Source: an uncultured Fibrobacterota bacterium (GTDB lineage: Bacteria > Fibrobacterota > Chitinivibrionia > Chitinivibrionales > FEN-1185). Taken from it: DNA of 64,000 nt. The notes below the pieces were generated by a model. It was not told where the DNA came from, did not search any database, and worked only from the letters and a program-made list of their open reading frames with translations. Shown piece by piece: positions 41,304 through 49,561 of this stretch. The position numbers and the translations under genes were made by a program. The first letter of the stretch is position 1, and every line of letters begins with the position of its first letter. Location: NCBI GenBank assembly GCA_963753345.1, contig CAVWBU010000019.1:103157-167156 (forward strand). The letters run 5' to 3'.

Positions 41304-42133
41304 ACATGGGACTTGACTTTTCGGAAATTCTCGTCATCATGGTCCTCATCCTGATCTTCTTCGGGTCCAAGGAGATCCCGAACATCGTGCGGCAGGCCGG
41401 AAAGTTCGTGGGCCAGATCCGCCTGTATACCGAAAAGGTGCGACGGGAAATCAACGAGATAAGCAACCTCAACCAGCCCATGCCGACCCACGACCAGGAA
41501 GTGCAGAAGAAAAAGGAGACCATACGCGAGACCTATATCGCGCGGCGCACAACGCTGTCCGCCGAGGAGCGTGCGGCCAAGTCGGCAACGATCTGGGAAA
41601 ACCTGAAAAAGGAGCCCGGCTTTGCAAAGGCGAAATCGGTGCTGGTGTACGTGGAGGCCGGGGCCGAGGTCGCCCTGAGGCCCGCTATCCGGGAAATGTT
41701 CGCTTCCGGAAAGCGCGTGCTCCTGCCATACACCAACGAAGATTCCACCATGGGTGTGGGCGAGATCGCCAACCTCGAAAAAGATATTACCCTCACCGGC
41801 ATGGGCGTGTACGAGCCGGTGCGCGAAACGTGGAACAATTTTTTCAAGACCGACATCCAGTTCGTGATATGCCCCGGCGTGGCGTTCGACGTCCATGGCG
41901 GCAGGCTCGGCAGGGGCCGGGGCTGCTACGACCGGTTCTGCAAGGAATTCAAGGGCAGGGTCCCGGTGTACGGCGTAGCTTTTGACTGCCAGATTATGGG
42001 ACCCGACGAACGCCTGCCGTTCGCCTACCACGATATTGTTATGGACCAGGTGATCACCGAAAACGGCATTCTCATCGCGCCCCCGCAGGAGCCCGCGCCT
42101 CCGGTGGCCCCTCCGCTGCAGCCCGCGGGATAG
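41300..42133 (+). CDS. TatA/B-like N-terminus fused to 5-formyltetrahydrofolate cyclo-ligase
   Basis: FSEILVIMVLILIFFGSKEIPNIVRQAGKF followed in frame by PGVAFD..GGRLGRGRGCYDRF and HDIVMD. Confidence 0.82.
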   Translation: MNMGLDFSEILVIMVLILIFFGSKEIPNIVRQAGKFVGQIRLYTEKVRREINEISNLNQPMPTHDQEVQKKKETIRETYIARRTTLSAEERAAKSATIWENLKKEPGFAKAKSVLVYVEAGAEVALRPAIREMFASGKRVLLPYTNEDSTMGVGEIANLEKDITLTGMGVYEPVRETWNNFFKTDIQFVICPGVAFDVHGGRLGRGRGCYDRFCKEFKGRVPVYGVAFDCQIMGPDERLPFAYHDIVMDQVITENGILIAPPQEPAPPVAPPLQPAG

Positions 42134-42171
42134 CGCAGGTTTGTCCACACTCAGTCCCTGCGGGAACCGAT

Positions 42172-42999
42172 ATGCTTCTGTCAATAATTACCGCCGCCAT
42201 TCTCCTCTTTCTCGCTCTGGCGTCTGTGCTGCTGTTCGCCCCGATCGCCGTCGTTGGATCCGGAACCTTCGCGGCGGGCGAAGCCGGAGGCCATGTGCGG
42301 CTCTCCTGGCTTCACCCGGGAGTGGTGCGATGCATTCTTGACATCCGCAAAGGCACGCCGGAGGTGTTTGCGTTCGGACTGCGGGTTTACGCAAAGGAAA
42401 AGCTCTACGACAAGGGGGAAGGCCCGGCCGCCGAAGAGGAAAAGAAAAATGCGGCCGCAGATTCCGTGGAATCCTCCGCCGCGGCGCGCAGCGGTGAGCC
42501 GGGCCCGCAGGTTTCCAAAGAAGAAAAGACCGCGCCGGAAAAATCAGGGGTGGAACCTCGTGGAAAGAAAACCGCGCCGTGGATAGTGCGCGCAAAGCGC
42601 GTACAACAGGTCTGGGTATTTGCCGGCGACGCTTGCTTCCGCGAAAAAGTTCTGCGCTGGGTGCTGAGGATGCTCAGGTTGCTCCTCCACACCTGCTCGA
42701 TTGCGCGGGTGCGCGTTGCTGCAAAGGCGGGATTTGACGATCCTGCAAAGACCGGGCTGCTGTACGGATGGTATATGGGGGTCACGCGCATGCTTTCGGC
42801 TCCGGGACCGCAACGCGTGGACATTCGGTGCGAGCCGGTGTTCACGGAAGCGACGCTCACAGCGAACGCCGAGGCAACGCTGGCAACGTCGGTCGCGCGG
42901 CTGCTGGTTCCGTTTGTGGCGGCATTGGCCACGTTTCCGTACCTGCACGCGTATGTCCTGTACCGGCGCGCGCGCCGGTACAGGTTCCGATCGTGTTGA
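42172..42999 (+). CDS. hypothetical membrane protein (DUF2953-like)
   Basis: N-terminal TM; GFDDPAKTGLLYG motif. Confidence 0.65.
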   Translation: MLLSIITAAILLFLALASVLLFAPIAVVGSGTFAAGEAGGHVRLSWLHPGVVRCILDIRKGTPEVFAFGLRVYAKEKLYDKGEGPAAEEEKKNAAADSVESSAAARSGEPGPQVSKEEKTAPEKSGVEPRGKKTAPWIVRAKRVQQVWVFAGDACFREKVLRWVLRMLRLLLHTCSIARVRVAAKAGFDDPAKTGLLYGWYMGVTRMLSAPGPQRVDIRCEPVFTEATLTANAEATLATSVARLLVPFVAALATFPYLHAYVLYRRARRYRFRSC

Positions 43000-43228
43000 C
43001 AGACGATATCATTGACGACAACAATATGTATCAGAACAATTCGAACCCGTACCAGTTCGGGACCTACCGTCTTATGAAGGACTTCACTTTGGATGGCGGG
43101 TTCAACATCCGGGCGGGTTCGCTCACCGGCAACAACAGCGGCACGACCGTCACGCTCACCTGGGACGCGGCCGCCGCGCAGAACCCTCCCGAGGCGGACT
43201 GGCCGCATTGACGGAATGCGACAGGGTC

Positions 43229-44428
43229 TTACCACAACGCAAGAATCCTCTTGCTTCCGGCCAGGGCCCCGTCTTTGCCGTAGAGCGCGACGAAATACAC
43301 GCCCCGCGAAAGCGTAAGCCTGTTTGAAATCGCCCGGCTCACCTCTTCCATGGAGGTGGCGACGCCGGAGCGTACTGTTCTCCCGTTGGGCGAGAAAAGA
43401 GTATACCGTATGAACTTCTCGTTCTGCAAGCGCATCACCGGGGTGAACTGCGACGCGGCCGACAGGCCCACTTCTCCCTCGCACCCATTCTCGCACGGGC
43501 ACCACGTGATGTCGAGTTCGCCATGGCCGCAACTATTCGGGCATGCCTGGAAACCGCTTTGGTTCTGATGATCGTCGTTGGCAAAAGCGTAAACCTGGGA
43601 GTTCATGGTTTTGTGGATCCATTTAGCATAGATGTTGTAGGGATTTACCCAATTGCCGAGGGAATCTTGTTCCGGCTTTTTCCAGTAATCGGCAGAATCC
43701 GCGTCCTGGTAAAATGTTCCCCTTTGCCATGCGGCAATCGAATCGAATAGTGACTGGGGTGAACCGGGATTGAGCGAACCGCCGTATACTTCAGTACCGT
43801 GGTGGTGGTGGCCCAGCCACATCTTGTTGCAGTATATATTTCCGGTATCGTATCCAGGTTGGACGCAGTAGTCGTAGGAACCAAGGCATATGCCTATTCC
43901 CAAGGTGGTATCAAAGAAGTTGAGCTGTGTGGGACACCCGTGCAGAAGTTGGTACTTCCACTCGGCAAAGGTGACCGGCACAATTGTCGGGATACAACTT
44001 GAGCAACCTCCCACGACTTTAACCGGCAGCGTGGCATAGTCGACAAAGGAGATGTTGTAGTTCTGAACACCGGTGGGCCCGCCGCTCACGGTCATTTCCA
44101 CAAATCCATTTTCGGGTATGAGTGGTGCACCTTGACTGGTCTTGGCACCCGGATCATGATAATAGGCCCAGCACCTTCCGGACCCGAAATTCGGCACGGA
44201 ATCGTACACCAGAGTGTCGTTGGGGAGCAATTTCTGAGCCGCTGCGCCGTTGATGGGCGCGGTATACGGCGTTTCGGTAAAATGGATCCACAGCGTAATA
44301 GGGCAATCGTTGGCTATCACCAGCTTCTGGGTCCCGCCTGCGGCCCAAACGGATCCCGAGAGGGCAAACACAGACAGTGCAGCGAGCGCCAAAAACCATT
44401 TGTGAGCGATGCGCCTCGAAATTCTCAT
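43229..44428 (-). CDS. secreted thaumatin/GH64-like beta-1,3-glucanase with C-terminal sorting-like domain
   Basis: Signal peptide; NDCPITLW, YNISFVD, YAFANDDH; GGAGG RBS. Confidence 0.7.
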   Translation of the reverse strand: MRISRRIAHKWFLALAALSVFALSGSVWAAGGTQKLVIANDCPITLWIHFTETPYTAPINGAAAQKLLPNDTLVYDSVPNFGSGRCWAYYHDPGAKTSQGAPLIPENGFVEMTVSGGPTGVQNYNISFVDYATLPVKVVGGCSSCIPTIVPVTFAEWKYQLLHGCPTQLNFFDTTLGIGICLGSYDYCVQPGYDTGNIYCNKMWLGHHHHGTEVYGGSLNPGSPQSLFDSIAAWQRGTFYQDADSADYWKKPEQDSLGNWVNPYNIYAKWIHKTMNSQVYAFANDDHQNQSGFQACPNSCGHGELDITWCPCENGCEGEVGLSAASQFTPVMRLQNEKFIRYTLFSPNGRTVRSGVATSMEEVSRAISNRLTLSRGVYFVALYGKDGALAGSKRILALW

Positions 44429-44646
44429 AAAGCCTCCAAATCTATTGGTTAAAAACAGGAAATTCTTCAAGAAAGCAGGTGATTGACCGACGGATTTGCC
44501 GGCTCGTGCCGAATCGCGTGCACGAAAGCACGTTTACGTTCGCGAAAAAGGTCATCGTTTACGAGACTGGTTGTATAAGGTTCTCAGGTAATAACATAAA
44601 CACGTGTGGCCGGCCTTGGCGGAAAATGATAGCCGGAAGGCCATTA

Positions 44647-44670
44647 TCCGTTACACGAACGTGTAACGGA
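44647..44670. promoter_or_regulatory. candidate operator between divergent glycan genes
   Basis: Perfect inverted repeat TCCGTTACACG-AA-CGTGTAACGGA. Confidence 0.45.
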
Positions 44671-44784
44671 ATTTCCCGTGTACCGGAGGATTTTGAATCG
44701 TGACCGGGTCTATTCCATTATGTTATACCAATAGAATATTGAACAGGGTATTGCAGCTGTCACCAATTGAGGGAGGCAACAATC

Positions 44785-46445
44785 ATGTCCATCAAGTTAA
44801 TCGCTCTGTCGAGCCTGTTGATCACGGCTTGCTCTTAATCCCAAGGCAACCCGCCGCGCAAACGATACCGCAGCCGGGCGAGAGTTTTTCCTCAATCACC
44901 GATAACGGCTGCTGGACCTGGTACGGAAACCCCAAGGCCGTTTACTATGCGGGAGTTTACAAACGCACCTATGTCGCCTGGACCTCCAATACGACAAACC
45001 AGTACCTCGGCTATTACGATCACGACACTAAAACCACGAGCCAGGTGCTGCTGCCGTGGCATTACCCGGCCGATGATCATAACCATCCCTGCGTTATTGT
45101 AAGGCCTGACGGCCGTGTCATGACATTCCAGTCAGGTCACGACGGCACCCAGGTCAGCGAATGTATTTCCAAACAGCCTGAAGACATTTCCGCTCTTGAC
45201 ACGTTTACGGTAAAAATTCTGGCCTGGGCCTGCTACCCAAGCATTTGTTTCCTCAAGAATGAAGGCACCATCGGGCGTTACTACCTTTTCTTCCGCGACC
45301 AGAACCAGGAGCCCTGGTTCCGAACCAGCGACGACTGGGGAAAAACATGGGGTACCGAAATGCACTTGTACACAAACAACCCGGCCGGGTATAAGCCCTA
45401 TTTCACCTGCGCTTCAAACGGCATTGACGAAATCCATATCGACATTGAGCGGGAAAACCGCGCCATCGGCGGCACGGTTCCCACCTACTACATGAAATAC
45501 AAGAACGGCTCGTTTTACCAGGCAAGCGGAAAGCTTATCGCCACCATGGCGCAATTGCCTATTGTGAACACCGTGCTCGACACCGTGATATATCCCGGCG
45601 CCTACGGCGCGGGCGGCACGGTGTGGGACATTGCTTACGACAAAAACGACAATCCCGTTATTCTCTACGACATGTTCTTCAGCAATAACGCGATTCACGT
45701 GTACTGGTACCTGCGGTGGACCGGAAGCTATTGGTACAAGCGGCCGCTTGTCAACAGCGGCGCCAACGATGGCGTTTCGGGGCAGCAATTCTGCGGCGGT
45801 ATGACTTTCGACCACGAAAACCCGAATGTTATTTACCTGTCGCGCCAAGCCGTGAAATCCAGCGCAACCCCGTTTAATCTTGCGGACACCAGCTTTGCAA
45901 ATTATAAAAAGATCTCTACCGCCGATTTTGTTACCGTTAACCCCAACTTCGAAATTGACAAGTGGACCACGGCCGACAACGGCCTCACCTGGGACTCGGT
46001 GGCCATCACGCGCGGATCGGCCGCAAAGAATGTCCGTCCGTGCGTGCCGCGTGACCACATAGACGGCATGAACATCAATCTTGTCTGGCTCGACGGCACC
46101 ATAACGAGCATGAGCGGCGACGGCTACAGCATGTCGGTAAGAATGTACCCCACCGACAAGGCGGTTCCCGTGATTTCGAATCCTCGAAAGAGTACGGCGG
46201 GCGAGGCGGTTAGGGTTTCGAGATCACGCATCGTATTCTCTCTTGCAAAGCCGGAGCTTTCGTCGCTCAGGATATATTCGCTCGACGGCGCGCTGGTCGC
46301 CGATTTTTCGGGCGATCTCAGGCGCATGAGCGCGGGGCAGGCGGCTTTTCCCCTGGAGCGAATTCCCGCCCGGGGAGGGGCGTACGCCGTTGTTCTTAAC
46401 AACGGAGAAAGCCTGCAAAAGACGAGCATCGTTCTCACACGATGA
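44785..46445 (+). CDS. secreted BNR/Asp-box beta-propeller protein (frameshift in the signal peptide)
   Basis: GGGAGG RBS and ATG at 44785; DDHNHP, SDDWGKTW, TADNGLTW. Confidence 0.78.
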
Positions 46446-46594
46446 CGGTTCGCACAGGACCTGTCTTGAAAGAAAAAATCGGTGGATATAATCGGGATAT
46501 TCCGTCGAGCAGCGACAAACGGATCATAACAACTGTTACCTGGACAAATGCGATTTTTAGCGATCAACCGGACTCGTCATACGAGGAGGCCGAA

Positions 46595-47001
46595 ATGATT
46601 GCCGGAAAAGCTGCATGTTTCTTCGGCTTTGTCTGTTGCGCCGCGGGCCTGACTAATGCCCAGGTGGTGGAAAAGCTCAGCGCGACTTTCGCGTTCCCCA
46701 CCGTACTGACCTCGGCACACGGCGTTGCTGCCAATCAAAAAGCGGTTTCGTTCTTCCGCATGGCCGGGCACTCCGTTCAACAGGGGAAAATAACCTTGGA
46801 ATGGAACATTGCAGGGGCGGCGACCGAAGGGACCATCTCGATCTTATTCGATATCCGGAGCACTCGTCAAGAAGGTGGCGCTTTCCGCACGGAACGGCAC
46901 AACGCACGATTGATCTCGAAAAGGCCGCAGCCGGAGTTTACTTCGCATCGATCTCTTTCGGTTCCTACCGGCAGAATCTCAAACTTGCCCTTTACCGATA
47001 A
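46595..47001 (+). CDS. small secreted protein consisting mostly of a C-terminal sorting-like domain (two apparent indels)
   Basis: AGGAGG RBS; signal peptide; reconstructed ISIYSISGALVKKV...AAAGVYFASISFGSYRQNLKLALYR. Confidence 0.65.
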
Positions 47002-47013
47002 GAGGAGACAGCC

Positions 47014-49296
47014 ATGCTGAAAAAAATCGCAATGATCCAACTCGCGTGCACCGCCCTGCTTTTCGGCCAGCCGACGGCTGTTGACACTCTCACGGCCATC
47101 GACACTGTCCAAGTGCCATTGGTTTTTCTCAAGCTCACCGATAATTCCGGCGGCGTCTTCAAATACAGAGGCAAGGTGAGCTACAGGATCATAGGTTGGG
47201 CGTACGACCGGTTCAACGTATCGATGTCCATTGTCAAGGACGGCACCGGGGATGTGGTGCCGCTCACCATGACAAAAGGCGACGTCGGCGCAGTGAACTG
47301 GCCCGGCACCAGAAGCATCCACTTTACCTGTCAGTTTAACGGTACTCCCACCGGCACCTATAAGGCGAAGATTTCCCTGGTTCCCAGCAGGAGCGATACT
47401 GCGCAGTTCATCGAAAATCTCATCCACACAATGTCCAACAACGACAAACAGACGATCATCAACGGCGGGAGCGCGGGCGTGGTTCCCGGCGTCGCCTGGC
47501 GCGACGGTCCGTACGGCATCGGCAGCACGTGCGGGTTTCCCTGCGGCGAGGGCATGGCGGCCACGTGGGACACGGCGATTGCGGAACAGGGCGGCATTTA
47601 CAAAGGCTATTGTTTCAGGGGATGGGGGTACAACATCATGCTGGGCCCGTCTTCGAACCTCGTGCGCGACAACCGGGCCGGGCGTACCGCCGAATCGTAC
47701 GGAGAAGACCCTTTTGTCAATGGGAAGTTCGCGGCCGCGGACGAGCGCGGCGACACCAGAAGCGGCCTTATGGTCACTCAAAAACATTATTGCTGCAACA
47801 ACGTTGAGCGCGCGCGGGGGTTCTACCCCGTGCTTGTGTCTGAACGCAGCCTGCGTGAACTTTACACATACCACTTCGGCATGGCTGCGCAGGAAGGCCC
47901 CAGCACCGGAATCATGACCGCTTACAATTCAGTCAACGGCCTCCATAACGCGCAAAACAAGCACACCATGACCGAAATACTCAAAAACTCATGGGGCTTT
48001 CGGGGATTCATCCTCACCGACTGGGACAACGGCGGCACCAGCGATCCCGCGATAAAGGCCTTGGCAGGGCTTGACCTGTGCACGCCCAACACATGGGGCG
48101 GCGGGCTTGAGGCCCTGGTGCCCGGAACGATTTCGCAGAGCTTTTTCGACGACAAGGCGCGGCGGTGGCTCTGGGCCAGGTATAAGACCGGCTGTTTTGA
48201 ACCGGGCTATACTATTAACAAGTTCAAGGATTCCATCCTCAATACCAACATGTACAATTACATGCGGCGCGTGACCCGGGAATCCATGATACTTGCCAAA
48301 AACGACAACAACGTGCTCCCTATTGACACAAGCAGCCCCGTGACGATAGCCGTTGTCGGCCCCTGGGCGAACACTGCGCGGTGCGGCCCGCCCGGCAGCG
48401 CCCAGAATTGCCCGGTCCACACCACGCCGCCCTCGCGTGCGGTCAAGCAGATCGGCGGCGCCAACGTTACGGTCACCGGCGATTTCACGAACGCCGACTA
48501 TGTCCTCGTATGCATCGGTCCAGACGATCTGGGCGAGGGATGGGACAGGGATGCGGTATCCCTCCCCGACACGCAGGATCAGCTGGTGCGACAAGTGCTC
48601 GCCGTAAATCCGACGAGAACCATTGTATTTTACACGGGTGGCAGCGCCGCAGACTCCGGTTACTGGTCAAAGGCGCCGGGAATAATCATGTCATTCTATC
48701 CGGGCGAAGACCATTGCCTTGCAATGGCAGAGGTGCTTTTCGGTGACTACAATCCGGGCGGCAAAACCCCGCTCACGTTCCCGGCAGACTCGATCCAGCT
48801 CCCGAGGTTCGGCATTCCGCTTTCGGAATGGGCACAGGGAGACACGTATGAGGTCGCGTGGGAGGGAAGGGGATATCCGTATTTCGACTATCATAATATG
48901 AAACCGCTGTTCTGCTTCGGACACGGCCTGAGCTACACCACATTCGCATACAGCAATCTGCAGATTTCGCCCGCGGGAGGGTATCCCGGCGACACGTTCG
49001 CCGTCTCGGTCGACGTGAAGAACTCCGGAACCCGCGCCGGTGATGAAGTGGTCCAGTTGTACCTGCACGACGAGCAGAGCAACCTGCCGAGGCGTTACAA
49101 AGACATACGCGGCTTCCGCCGTGTGCCCCTCGGGGTCGGCGAAACAAAGACCGTCACCTTCAATCTCGTTGAGCAGGACCTGGAATACTATGACGACAAT
49201 GTTTCGTCGTGGGTGGTGGAGCCTGGTCCGATCGATGTGCTCGTGGGCTCATCGTCGCTTGACATAAGGCAGAGAGGGACGATAACGATTTACTGA
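47014..49296 (+). CDS. GH3 beta-glucosidase/xylosidase with Fn3-like domain and extra N-terminal domain
   Basis: ESYGEDP, KHY, GFILTDW, FGHGLSYTTF, GDEVVQLY. Confidence 0.92.
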   Translation: MLKKIAMIQLACTALLFGQPTAVDTLTAIDTVQVPLVFLKLTDNSGGVFKYRGKVSYRIIGWAYDRFNVSMSIVKDGTGDVVPLTMTKGDVGAVNWPGTRSIHFTCQFNGTPTGTYKAKISLVPSRSDTAQFIENLIHTMSNNDKQTIINGGSAGVVPGVAWRDGPYGIGSTCGFPCGEGMAATWDTAIAEQGGIYKGYCFRGWGYNIMLGPSSNLVRDNRAGRTAESYGEDPFVNGKFAAADERGDTRSGLMVTQKHYCCNNVERARGFYPVLVSERSLRELYTYHFGMAAQEGPSTGIMTAYNSVNGLHNAQNKHTMTEILKNSWGFRGFILTDWDNGGTSDPAIKALAGLDLCTPNTWGGGLEALVPGTISQSFFDDKARRWLWARYKTGCFEPGYTINKFKDSILNTNMYNYMRRVTRESMILAKNDNNVLPIDTSSPVTIAVVGPWANTARCGPPGSAQNCPVHTTPPSRAVKQIGGANVTVTGDFTNADYVLVCIGPDDLGEGWDRDAVSLPDTQDQLVRQVLAVNPTRTIVFYTGGSAADSGYWSKAPGIIMSFYPGEDHCLAMAEVLFGDYNPGGKTPLTFPADSIQLPRFGIPLSEWAQGDTYEVAWEGRGYPYFDYHNMKPLFCFGHGLSYTTFAYSNLQISPAGGYPGDTFAVSVDVKNSGTRAGDEVVQLYLHDEQSNLPRRYKDIRGFRRVPLGVGETKTVTFNLVEQDLEYYDDNVSSWVVEPGPIDVLVGSSSLDIRQRGTITIY

Positions 49297-49318
49297 CCCA
49301 AAGATTGCTCTCCTGGCA

Positions 49319-49459
49319 CCGTGTAACCTCACCCCGGCCGCCAAAGCGGCCACCCCTCTCCGACACAGAGAGGGGTACATGCAGAATTTCCGGTTATTCC
49401 TCCACCCTCCCTGCGTCGGGGAGGGTCGCCATTGTAAATGGCGGGGAGAGGTTACACGG
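49319..49459. repeat. palindromic MITE/REP-like element with terminal inverted repeats
   Basis: CCGTGTAACCTCACCCC ... GGGGAGAGGTTACACGG enclosing CCCTCTC/GAGAGGG and CCCTCCC/GGGAGGG hairpins. Confidence 0.6.
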
Positions 49460-49561
49460 GGGTAAGAAATGAAGAGTGGAAACGGAAGTAATGCTGCAGT
49501 TTGTTACCTTGGGATTCTTTGATTCCCGTCATGTCAAATTATCAAAAGTATAGGGAGGACC

